Shown here in pieces: positions 19,345-27,574 of a stretch of 64,000 nucleotides of DNA. Below the pieces are notes generated by a model. That model was given only the letters and a program-made list of their open reading frames with translations. It ran no database searches and was not told the DNA's origin. Location: NCBI GenBank assembly GCA_034722275.1, contig JAYENW010000001.1:122825-186824 (forward strand). The letters run 5' to 3'. This DNA is from Chloroflexota bacterium. GTDB lineage: Bacteria; Chloroflexota; Dehalococcoidia; GIF9; AB-539-J10. The first letter of the stretch is position 1, and each line of letters begins with the position of its first letter. Made by a program: the position numbers and the translations under genes.

Positions 19345-19374
19345 ATTTTATCAGCCCAGATTGTTGAGTGTCAA
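19345..19374 (-). promoter_or_regulatory. Candidate sigma-70 promoter of rplU-rpmA-rpmE
   Basis: On the minus strand: TTGACA (19369-19374), an 18-nt spacer, then TAAAAT (19345-19350). This leaves a leader of about 25 nt before the ATT codon. Confidence 0.5.
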
Positions 19375-19502
19375 ACTTCGTAGAAAAGAGACTGCTGTCA
19401 AGATTCAGCAGGTCAAGTTCATTGTCAATCTGCCTTTCTTCCTGTTGTTGCGAGTGGTGAACCCTGAAGCAATCTTCCTGCCTTTCCCATCCTTTGATTT
19501 CC

Positions 19503-20621
19503 TCAAGGCAAGTCTTTGGTTCCCGACTTCTTTCTCTTGCGACGCCACCAGTAGACTACGCCGCCAATAACTATCCAGACAGGACTGAAAATGCCAATCC
19601 AGATAAATATCTTCGCCAGCACATGACCGAAGGAGACCAGGCCGTGCCAGGCTCCACTGACGACGCTGCCAGCGCTCCAGCCAGGGAGGACGGTAATATA
19701 CTCGCTCCTGGGTTCAGTCTCCGTGTTACCCCGGTCATCCGTTACCTTAAGAGAAACAGTGTAGCTGCCAGCGCTCTTATAAGTGTGGGTTGGAGACTTG
19801 CTGGTGCTGGTATCCCCATCGCCGAAGTCCCATTCATAGCTGTAGGGTGGAAAACCGCCGGCAATTTGGCTTTCAAATTCGACCTTCTGCCCTTCTTTCA
19901 CCCTCGTCTTGCGAGCAGTGAATATGACATCAAGCGCAGCCTGCTCCAGACGCACTTCAATAAGTGACGTAGCGGAGGTTCGCTCCAGATACTGCATACG
20001 CCCCTTCGTCTGTTCAATTTCGCCTCTTGTCTTTGAGAGCTCTCGCTGAACATCGAGGATATCCTCTACTGTTTCCGCCTTCTCCATTATCCGGAGTAAT
20101 TGTTCTTCAGTTGCCTCCAGATTTTGCAACCTGGTGCTCAGGTCAACATAATCTTCGGTTACATCCTTGCTGGATGTGCTCTCAGAGCTTACCTCAACTG
20201 CCAGCTTGTGTAGTGCCTTCATGGCATCATTAAAATGCTCTGCGGGCACGCGAATAGTAATACTCCCGGCGAGTCTTTCCCCTTCCGCCCACCTTTTTGA
20301 AGAAACCACATATCCCCCAAAGCTGTCAGCGAGTTCGGCAATCTGGTCTATGCCAGCAGGAACATCCTCCACTACCAGCAACATATCCCCGGTGCGCACA
20401 ATCATGCGCTCGGTAGCCCAGGGCTGACCCACGTCAGTCATCGTCACCGGTGCCCCCTCACCTCCCCTTGCTGGTGATGGTGTTGGCGTCGGCATTGGTG
20501 TTGGTGTTGGCATTGGAGGTGGCGCTGGTTTGGGTGGGGCTATCGCTGCAGGCGCACAGGCACTGGTTAACACCAGCACCAGAATTAACACTGGTAGTGA
20601 AAATTTGAGCAACTTATTCAT
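19503..20621 (-). CDS. Exported lipoprotein with Pro-Thr linker, DUF4349-like coiled region, PKD domain and C-terminal TM anchor
   Basis: Lipobox LVLTSAC, linker PKPAPPPMPTPTPMPTPTPSP, PKD signature YEWDFGDGDTSTSKSPTHTYKSAGSYTVSLKVTD, and a hydrophobic tail followed by WWRRKRKK. Confidence 0.7.
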   Translation of the reverse strand: MNKLLKFSLPVLILVLVLTSACAPAAIAPPKPAPPPMPTPTPMPTPTPSPARGGEGAPVTMTDVGQPWATERMIVRTGDMLLVVEDVPAGIDQIAELADSFGGYVVSSKRWAEGERLAGSITIRVPAEHFNDAMKALHKLAVEVSSESTSSKDVTEDYVDLSTRLQNLEATEEQLLRIMEKAETVEDILDVQRELSKTRGEIEQTKGRMQYLERTSATSLIEVRLEQAALDVIFTARKTRVKEGQKVEFESQIAGGFPPYSYEWDFGDGDTSTSKSPTHTYKSAGSYTVSLKVTDDRGNTETEPRSEYITVLPGWSAGSVVSGAWHGLVSFGHVLAKIFIWIGIFSPVWIVIGGVVYWWRRKRKKSGTKDLP

Positions 20622-20631
20622 TTTTATCTCC

Positions 20632-21411
20632 TTACTTCAGTATAGCATAGGCTACCTGAAGTGTAAGGCTGATTTTCGTCTCTCCAGGGCTGATTGGTGG
20701 TGGGGCTGTTGGTGTTGGTGTTGGTGCCATTGAGCCCACATACATGTCATACATGTCCCAAGTGCGGGGGGCCTGGATTCCCTCAGAGACATAGGTCGCC
20801 TTGCCTAGAGTAACCCCGGCAAGATCAGCTAATTGTTTTGCTTTGGCTTCGGCATCAGCCATTGCCTTTTCTCTTAGTTCTGCATAGTAGGTGGAAGGCT
20901 TTTCCACAGAGAAGCTTATGCCTTGTATGCGAACGAGGTCTCCACCAGCTTCAGCTGCGGCATCGATAATAGTGCCGACCTTATCTATATCCCTTATCTT
21001 AGCACTCACCGTATTAGTTACTTGATAGCCAATTACAATTTCCTCATCTGTCTCTCTATCCCACTTTGTTCTTTGGCGAATGCTGAAATACCGGGTCTGG
21101 ATATCCTTTTCATCCACCCCGCTGTCCTTCAGTGACGCCATCACTTTATCCATGGCTTCGCTTGCCTCAGCTTGAGCCTCGGCCACAGTGGCCTTCCGGG
21201 ATTCGACGCCCAGCCTCAAGGTAGCAATATCAGGGGTAACGCTGACCTCTCCCTTGCCGGTGACCCAAATCCCTTGCTGCTGGGTTTCTAAGTTCACTTG
21301 CAAGCCCTTTGGCAGCCCTATCTGGCTGGCGCCCCCCGGGCTGCAACCACACAAGCCGACTGTTGCTAGTACCAATGTTAGCCCTATTGCCAATAACCAT
21401 TTCCTTTTCAT
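20632..21411 (-). CDS. SIMPL/DUF541-domain lipoprotein
   Basis: Lipobox TVGLCGCS. GKGEVSVTPDIATLRLGVE and ISFSVEKPSTYYAELREKAMADAEAKAKQLA are typical of SIMPL-domain proteins. Confidence 0.75.
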   Translation of the reverse strand: MKRKWLLAIGLTLVLATVGLCGCSPGGASQIGLPKGLQVNLETQQQGIWVTGKGEVSVTPDIATLRLGVESRKATVAEAQAEASEAMDKVMASLKDSGVDEKDIQTRYFSIRQRTKWDRETDEEIVIGYQVTNTVSAKIRDIDKVGTIIDAAAEAGGDLVRIQGISFSVEKPSTYYAELREKAMADAEAKAKQLADLAGVTLGKATYVSEGIQAPRTWDMYDMYVGSMAPTPTPTAPPPISPGETKISLTLQVAYAILK

Positions 21412-21486
21412 CTGATAAAACCTCCTTTTATTATTTGAATTAACTGGTAAGGCTCAACCTTCTTAAACTACAGGCGCTCACCTCCT

Positions 21487-23037
21487 TTATCGTCTCTTTG
21501 CGCCAAGAAGATAAAGCAGGGCAGCAATGAGCACCACGGCTATAACTATGATAATGATGAACGCCCATAAGGGCAGAAGCCCGGATTGGAAAGAATAAGC
21601 TCCTGTCCAGCCGCTGTCATTCTGGGCACTGTCTATTGCCTTTACCCTCCAGTAATAGGTGCCATAGGGTAGCGCCTGCCCCTGGGGCAAGGTATAGCTA
21701 GTCTCAGTTAACCCGCTGATTTCAGTAACCACCAGACTAACGAAACCTGGATCACTGGCAATCTGTAATTTGTAGCTCACTCCACTGGGGTCTGTCACCG
21801 CCGTCCACTGGGAAGTAGCAGTTTGACTACTGATAAATCCTATCCTGGTGCCATTGGTCGGCAAACTAAGCGTGGGCTTGGCTGGTGGATTCGATTCCAT
21901 AACGAATTTCATGCTGGCTGTGTTGCCTGAGGCATCGGTGACTGTTACAGTATGCTCACCATGTTTGCTCTTGGGCGCTGAGAAACTGGTAGAGAAACTG
22001 CCTTTGCTATTACTTGTAGCGGTAGCCACCTGAGTGGCGTCATATTTAACAGTTACCGATTTGCTGCCGGCAAAGCCGGTGCCGCTGCCACTCAAGCTCG
22101 TGCCCACATCCCCCGAAGTTGGCGTTAGCGTTACCTTAGGCGATACGGTAAATTCCTTATCGCTAATAGTAGTGGCTGAAGTAGAACTCCCATAAGCATC
22201 AATCTTGTGGTTTCCCTTGGTGCTGGCAGGAACTTCAAAGGAAGTCTCCCAGTTGCCATTCTCATCAGCTTCAGTTTGCTTGACGACCTCATCATCGTAG
22301 GTTATCTTGACATCCTCCTCTTCTTCGTCAAATCCACTGCCCTTTACCGTGACTATATCACTCACAGAACCTGATGATTTGCTTACACTTATGCCTGGTT
22401 TTACCTCAAAGGTAATATCCTCGACTTCTGAGAGACTGCTATCATCACCTTTAGCATCTATCTTATGGTCTCCCTTGCTGGAGGCAGGAACGGTAAAGGT
22501 TACCCCCCAACTGCCATACTCATCGGCATCAATACCTTCCTTTACCGTCTCATAATCGCTGCCGTCAAAATAATACCTTAGCTCAATGTTATCCTCGTCT
22601 TCCCCAAATCCAGTGCCTTTCATGGTAACTTCAGTGCCCACGGGGCCTTCGGCGTCATCAGGCTGTGTTATCTCCAGTTTTGCCTTAACTTCAAAGCCTG
22701 TGTAGATAAAGTAGTCATCATTAGTATCGCAAACTCTAATTTCATGACTTCCACTAGCAGATTCAGGGATTTCAAAGTAATCTGTTTCCAGGCTGCCTCC
22801 GCTGCTTATATAATCCTTGTCAACCATTTTCCAGTCATTGTTTAGCTCATAATAGACCCAGACTGTTCCGTAGTAATCACTGAGATCTTCCCCATAAAGG
22901 CGTATTTCATCTCCCACATAGCCCGAGGAGTCTGAGAGCCAGATTGCAGGTTCATCAGCTTGGGCCAAAATGGCCAGGGCCGGAATGGCTATAAGGCAGA
23001 CGGCAAAAGCAATTACCAACCTGGATACTAATTTCAT
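21487..23037 (-). CDS. Cell-surface protein: signal peptide, four Ig-like repeats, FN3-like domain, C-terminal TM anchor
   Basis: Signal peptide ending AILAQA/DE. A recurring repeat end-motif appears four times (ESASGSHEIRVCD, VPASSKGDHKIDAKGD, VPASTKGNHKIDAYGS, APKSKHGEHTVTVTD). Also YYWRVKAIDSAQNDSGW (FN3-like) and the tail LWAFIIIIVIAVVLIAALLYLLGAKRR. Confidence 0.7.
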   Translation of the reverse strand: MKLVSRLVIAFAVCLIAIPALAILAQADEPAIWLSDSSGYVGDEIRLYGEDLSDYYGTVWVYYELNNDWKMVDKDYISSGGSLETDYFEIPESASGSHEIRVCDTNDDYFIYTGFEVKAKLEITQPDDAEGPVGTEVTMKGTGFGEDEDNIELRYYFDGSDYETVKEGIDADEYGSWGVTFTVPASSKGDHKIDAKGDDSSLSEVEDITFEVKPGISVSKSSGSVSDIVTVKGSGFDEEEEDVKITYDDEVVKQTEADENGNWETSFEVPASTKGNHKIDAYGSSTSATTISDKEFTVSPKVTLTPTSGDVGTSLSGSGTGFAGSKSVTVKYDATQVATATSNSKGSFSTSFSAPKSKHGEHTVTVTDASGNTASMKFVMESNPPAKPTLSLPTNGTRIGFISSQTATSQWTAVTDPSGVSYKLQIASDPGFVSLVVTEISGLTETSYTLPQGQALPYGTYYWRVKAIDSAQNDSGWTGAYSFQSGLLPLWAFIIIIVIAVVLIAALLYLLGAKRR

Positions 23038-23060
23038 TTAATTCGCCTCCTTTATTGTTA

Positions 23061-23089
23061 TATACGATGGAGTGAACAATGTATCACAC
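23061..23089 (-). promoter_or_regulatory. ECF-type promoter-like motif, copy 1 (upstream of the surface-protein gene)
   Basis: Minus strand reads GTGTGATACATTGTTCACTCCATCGTATA. It is 28/29 identical to the copy at 24929-24957 and ends 23 nt upstream of the ATG at 23037. The CGTATA element resembles ECF -10 elements. Confidence 0.6.
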
Positions 23090-23168
23090 CTCTCATAGAG
23101 TTCTTAAAACTGCATCTCACTTTGTATAACGCATAAAGGTGCTATTGCTTTATACCCCTCCAATTACT

Positions 23169-24356
23169 TCACTGCAGAGGTATATTAAACTCCCATGGGC
23201 CTTGCCAATCACCGAACTTAGTTATGGTAAAGGTTAATTCCCTGGCATCGCTGGGCAGGGGGTCAAGGTTGTTCCAAATGAGTTCTGTCCCTTGGTCAAG
23301 GAGGCGTTCTGCTGCATAACCGGCATCTTTGGCGGAGCCATCTACAGTATATTGAGCATGAATAGGAATCAGCTTCGCAAGCAGTGTGTCAGTGCCCTCC
23401 TCAGTTAGTCGGGTAGTGGTAAAGGCATAAAATTTAGTTTCTCCTGCTGATAGCTCCACTCGCTCCAGGGTGATGGTTATTCTGTTCGCCGTCTGAGACT
23501 GGTTTACTTCAATAGTCTTCTCCATAGCTCCTTGGGGGAATTGGATAAGCACTTTGGTTATGGTACCAAAGCCCATTCCCGATCTCGTTGTCGGTGGCGT
23601 ACCTTTAGTAACAGTAATGCCCTGGACATCTAGATAGTACCAGCCTGGAGCTACCTGCTGCCCACTATCGTCCTGTTGCTCCCAGACCAGGGTATATTTT
23701 GCTATTTCTCCCGGTTGCAAGCGAAGCTCTTCCGAGCCTTCGGCGAAAGCACGAATTGTTTCCCATGGTCTGGGTCGCATAACTTGCATCCTGGGAGGAA
23801 ATGGGGTTATCGTGATAGATTCTGAGCTGGCATTCTTAAACTCGAACTCAATCTCGACGTCTTCCCCGGGCAAACAGGCACTCTTTGCTGGAGTTGCCTC
23901 TAGCTCCAGAAAGTTGGGTGTTGGCCAGGGAGGTGGAGGTGTTGGTGTAGGAGCGGGTGTTGGTGTGGGGATAGGCATTGGCGCAGGTGCTGAAGGCGGA
24001 GTAAGTATTCCTGTTCCCCAGATGATGCCAGCAGCGGCAATGACCAGGAGCGAAGCTGCTACTGCCCGCCACATGGGTCGCTGTGGAAGCAGGTGCTTCA
24101 ATCCTTCCCGGAAGCGATTACGTTTCGGTCTCTCCTGCTCCATTTCGCTTAACTTGGAGAGTAAGCTATCCTTGAGTTGGGCTTTGAAGGAGGGGCGAGG
24201 AGCTCCTTTGAGATCGATCAGCTTCCGAGCGAAATCAATTGCCTCCCGGTAATCATCGGGCATATCAGGGTAAGGCTCTATTTTCTCCCCGGCTAGCATT
24301 TCATCTACAGCCTCTGAGAATTCTCGAACAAAGTCCTGCTCTTTTTCCTTTGCCAT
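23169..24356 (-). CDS. Membrane-anchored anti-sigma factor candidate with large extracytoplasmic beta-rich domain
   Basis: Lies 2 nt downstream of an ECF sigma gene. Has a cytoplasmic N-domain, one TM (WRAVAASLLVIAAAGIIWGTGIL), linker PPSAPAPMPIPTPTPAPTPTPPPPWPTP, and then about 250 aa of extracytoplasmic sequence. Confidence 0.65.
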   Translation of the reverse strand: MAKEKEQDFVREFSEAVDEMLAGEKIEPYPDMPDDYREAIDFARKLIDLKGAPRPSFKAQLKDSLLSKLSEMEQERPKRNRFREGLKHLLPQRPMWRAVAASLLVIAAAGIIWGTGILTPPSAPAPMPIPTPTPAPTPTPPPPWPTPNFLELEATPAKSACLPGEDVEIEFEFKNASSESITITPFPPRMQVMRPRPWETIRAFAEGSEELRLQPGEIAKYTLVWEQQDDSGQQVAPGWYYLDVQGITVTKGTPPTTRSGMGFGTITKVLIQFPQGAMEKTIEVNQSQTANRITITLERVELSAGETKFYAFTTTRLTEEGTDTLLAKLIPIHAQYTVDGSAKDAGYAAERLLDQGTELIWNNLDPLPSDARELTFTITKFGDWQGPWEFNIPLQ

Positions 24357-24358
24357 TT

Positions 24359-24895
24359 TTATCCCTCTTTAAATTTATCCCTTAGCTTGCATATCACCCG
24401 ATAAAGTATTGTCCCTACATTCGATTCAGAAAGGGTAAGTATTTTGGCAATCTGACGATTAGTTAGCTCGGCTCCAAACTTCAGGGAGACGATCTCCCGC
24501 TCCTGCTGGGGAAGTTCCCTTAGGTATGTATTTAAATTTTGTAGTTCTTCCTTTCTGATAACCTTCTCCTCAGGAGATATTTCTTCTGAAGCTGGCTCAA
24601 GTGTTTCTTCAATAGAGACAGTAATCTTCCTGCTCTTAACCCGGTAGTGATCAATGACAGTATTGCGGGCAACAGTCATAAGCCAGGTAGAAAAAGCTGC
24701 TTTGTCTGAGCGGTAGCTATCAAGCCTTGTTAGCACCTTCTCAAATACAGCTGAAGTTAAATCCTCAGCTAAATCTATATCACCCACCTGATAACTGATG
24801 TAGCGAAAGACTTTGGGCAGATAATACTCATAGAGCTGGGCAAAGGTCTCTCTGGCGCTCTCAGCCCTTTTATCTGGCCGCAACCTTAATCCCAC
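24359..24895 (-). CDS. ECF-type RNA polymerase sigma-70 family factor
   Basis: Region 2 (VFRYISYQVGDIDLAEDLTSAVFEKV ... WLMTVARNTVIDHYR) and region 4 (LPQQEREIVSLKFGAELTNRQIAKILTLSESNVGTILYR). GTG start. Confidence 0.88.
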   Translation of the reverse strand: MGLRLRPDKRAESARETFAQLYEYYLPKVFRYISYQVGDIDLAEDLTSAVFEKVLTRLDSYRSDKAAFSTWLMTVARNTVIDHYRVKSRKITVSIEETLEPASEEISPEEKVIRKEELQNLNTYLRELPQQEREIVSLKFGAELTNRQIAKILTLSESNVGTILYRVICKLRDKFKEG

Positions 24896-24928
24896 TTAAA
24901 TAACCCCAAAGCCTTTCTCTATTTTAAT

Positions 24929-24957
24929 TATACGATGGAGTGAAGAATGTATCACAC
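24929..24957 (-). promoter_or_regulatory. ECF-type promoter-like motif, copy 2 (upstream of the sigma/anti-sigma operon)
   Basis: Minus strand reads GTGTGATACATTCTTCACTCCATCGTATA, 33 nt upstream of the sigma start. This position fits autoregulation. Confidence 0.6.
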
Positions 24958-24990
24958 TGAAGATTTACAACAACAGAAAAGAGAAAGTTT

Positions 24991-25746
24991 CTAGCGATTA
25001 GCCTCTAGCCAATCTAAGACGGTAGTCATTGCTACCTCTTCTAGGCGTAGCTTGTGCTTGGCGCCGGGAATTATGGTTAACTCTTTGGGTTCTTTGGCTT
25101 TTTCATATAGCCTGTACGCATGCTCCAGAGGCACCACTTCATCAGCATCTCCGTGGATTAAAAGCAGAGGGTGTGGGGATATCCTGTCTATCCAGTTAAT
25201 TGGAGAAACTGCTTTGAAGCCGTTTAACCATTCTTCAGGTGATGGTGGGAATCCCTTGTCTTTAATGGCTCCAATTTGGCGAAAATGCTCAATGGAGGAC
25301 AAAAGCGTTTCTTTGCTCTCCAGAGAGCTAAACTCAGCAGGACAGGCGCAAGTCACTATTGAGGATATTCTGGGATCGTGAGCTGCAGCATGAACGCTTA
25401 CTGCTGCCCCACCACTGAAGCCAAGGAGACAAACACGCCTCCTGTCTATTTCCTCAAGACTGAGAAGGAAGTCAAGGGCAGATTGCAAGTCCCTGCCCCA
25501 GCCTAGAATGTCAAGGTTGCCCTGGCTCCTTCCCGCCCCTCGAAAGTTAAATATCAAGGTAGCAAATCCAGCGGCACAAAATCTTTCTGCTAGCACAGGA
25601 TAACCCCTATCATTGGGATTATAAGGCATAGCGGGAATTCCGTGGCAGATACACAAAGCAGGACAAGGCTTGTTTCCTGGAGGGATAAAAATCTCGCCAT
25701 CAAGTTCAAGTCCATCAACCTTCAAGCTAATTTCTCTTGAGTCCAT
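24991..25746 (-). CDS. Alpha/beta hydrolase (dienelactone hydrolase / S9-like)
   Basis: Nucleophile elbow LLGFSGGA (GxSxG), acid LLIHGDADEVV, and His in GAKHKL. Confidence 0.75.
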   Translation of the reverse strand: MDSREISLKVDGLELDGEIFIPPGNKPCPALCICHGIPAMPYNPNDRGYPVLAERFCAAGFATLIFNFRGAGRSQGNLDILGWGRDLQSALDFLLSLEEIDRRRVCLLGFSGGAAVSVHAAAHDPRISSIVTCACPAEFSSLESKETLLSSIEHFRQIGAIKDKGFPPSPEEWLNGFKAVSPINWIDRISPHPLLLIHGDADEVVPLEHAYRLYEKAKEPKELTIIPGAKHKLRLEEVAMTTVLDWLEANR

Positions 25747-25900
25747 TTTTATATTAATTATGTTGAGAGCGTTTGGTCTTCACTTGAAAAAAGTGACGAA
25801 TACAATTAATTGTGTTTCTAAGTATACCACGCTTGCAAAGAAATGGCCTTCTGGTGTAGAAAGGATGCTATTGAATTCAGTTGTAGTTATTAAGAATTAA

Positions 25901-26626
25901 ATGGCAAGCAAAGGAGTATATGTTTGCAGGATGTTCTCCCCCATTGTTGATAATTATGATTTCCTCAACGCCTTGCTCAGTTTTGGTAGAGACAAATATT
26001 GGAGAAAATTTGCTGTCTCCAAAATCGAATTCAGGCCTGGGGGAAAAGCTCTGGATGTGGCTACCGGAACTGGTGATTTAGCCCTGGAATTGGCTAAAAG
26101 AGTTGATGAAGGCGGCAAAGTTATCGGGATTGATTTTTGTATAGAAATGCTAGAAAAGGCTCGCGATAAGCTGCCAAAGACATGTCGCTATAATTTGGAG
26201 CTTATCTGTGCCAAGGCAGAGGTTCTTCCTTTCCCAAATGATACCTTTGACTGTGTTAGTATTGCCTTTGGTTTGAGGAACGTGGCAGATATTGGACAAG
26301 CGCTTCAAGAAATAACCCGGGTGCTGAAGATAGGGGGGAAATTACTTTGCCTTGAGTTCAGCCAGCCCAAGGATAAGATATTCAGGCAGATTTATTATTT
26401 CTACATTTTTCATATTCTGCCTTTTCTTGGCAGGGTTATATCGAAGAATGAGGAAGCCTATGCTTATCTTCCGCAGTCAATAGCAAGGTTCCCCAGTTCA
26501 TCTGAGTTAATACAAATTATGCAGAAGGTAGGGCTAGAGAACGTTGTAGCTTATCCTCTCACTCTCGGGGCAGTTACAATCCACATCGCAACCAAGAAGG
26601 CGACATCAATGGCAGATGATTATTAA
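25901..26626 (+). CDS. ubiE: Demethylmenaquinone/ubiquinone C-methyltransferase UbiE/MenG family
   Basis: YDFLNALLSFGRDKYWRK and SAM motif I LDVATGTGDLA, followed by FGLRNV. Confidence 0.82.
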   Translation: MASKGVYVCRMFSPIVDNYDFLNALLSFGRDKYWRKFAVSKIEFRPGGKALDVATGTGDLALELAKRVDEGGKVIGIDFCIEMLEKARDKLPKTCRYNLELICAKAEVLPFPNDTFDCVSIAFGLRNVADIGQALQEITRVLKIGGKLLCLEFSQPKDKIFRQIYYFYIFHILPFLGRVISKNEEAYAYLPQSIARFPSSSELIQIMQKVGLENVVAYPLTLGAVTIHIATKKATSMADDY

Positions 26627-26677
26627 TTGTCTTTGCCGGGAATTGCATTTGGGAATATAATTTGAGACAAGGATTCA

Positions 26678-27571
26678 GTGCAGCTAAAAATATGGTTTCT
26701 TGAGACCCGGCCCCAATTCTTGCTTCTTTCTGTTGTACTGGCATTTTTAGGCACCTCTATGGCTTGGTACGACGGCGTGTTCCACCTCAGTTATGCCTTA
26801 TTAGCCTTCGTCGGATTACTTTTGTGCCACATCAGTGTAAATGTGCTCAATGACTATTTTGACTATAAAAGTGGTATAGATTTGAAGACTCAAAGAACCC
26901 CGTTCAGTGGAGGCAGTGGCATCCTGCCGCCGGGTTTGCTTAAGCCGAAGCAAACTTTCTGGTTTGGGCTGGTCTCTTTCCTGCTGGCTGTACCTATAGG
27001 AGTTTATTTTGTGATGACAAGGGGCTGGCTTCTGTTGCCTTTACTTCTAGTGGGTGTAGTATGCATTCTCTTCTACACGCCTGTCTTGACCAAACTGAGA
27101 TGGCCTGAGTGGGCCCCTGGAGTAGGGATGGGGGCTTTACCTATACTTGGTTTCTACTTTGTTCAAACCACCATTTACACCTTCCCTGCAATTATAGCAT
27201 CCATACCCTCAGGCATTCTGGTGCATAACTTGCTCCTTTTGAATGAATTCCCTGATGTCCAAGCTGACAGGAATGCTGGCAGAAAAACCCTGCCCATTCT
27301 TATGGGAAGGAGAAAAGCTGGTGTAATTTATTCAACTCTGACAGCGGTAGTCTATTTATGGATAGTTGTTGCTGTGATAAAAGGACTAATGCCAGTCTTC
27401 TCATTGATAGCCTTGCTGACAATTCCCTTTGCCATAAAGGCTATTCAAGGTACTTTAAGATATGGAGAGAAGGCAAGTGCGCTAGTGACAGCCATGAGGA
27501 ATAATGTTCTCGTTGTGCTCCTAACTCAGTTGTTTTTAGGCCTTGGCTATATCCTGGCGAGAATTCTATAA
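26678..27571 (+). CDS. UbiA-superfamily aromatic prenyltransferase (MenA-like)
   Basis: Polytopic membrane protein with the first Asp-rich motif NVLNDYFDYKSGID and a second acidic region NEFPDVQADRNAG. GTG start. Confidence 0.75.
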   Translation: MQLKIWFLETRPQFLLLSVVLAFLGTSMAWYDGVFHLSYALLAFVGLLLCHISVNVLNDYFDYKSGIDLKTQRTPFSGGSGILPPGLLKPKQTFWFGLVSFLLAVPIGVYFVMTRGWLLLPLLLVGVVCILFYTPVLTKLRWPEWAPGVGMGALPILGFYFVQTTIYTFPAIIASIPSGILVHNLLLLNEFPDVQADRNAGRKTLPILMGRRKAGVIYSTLTAVVYLWIVVAVIKGLMPVFSLIALLTIPFAIKAIQGTLRYGEKASALVTAMRNNVLVVLLTQLFLGLGYILARIL

Positions 27572-27574
27572 AAT

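Noticed and set aside
21487-21600. C-terminal hydrophobic-plus-basic tails of the surface protein and of the PKD lipoprotein, considered as sortase/exosortase sorting signals
   Set aside because: No LPXTG, PEP-CTERM, PGF-CTERM or GlyGly-CTERM motif precedes the helix. A plain transmembrane anchor is the simpler reading.
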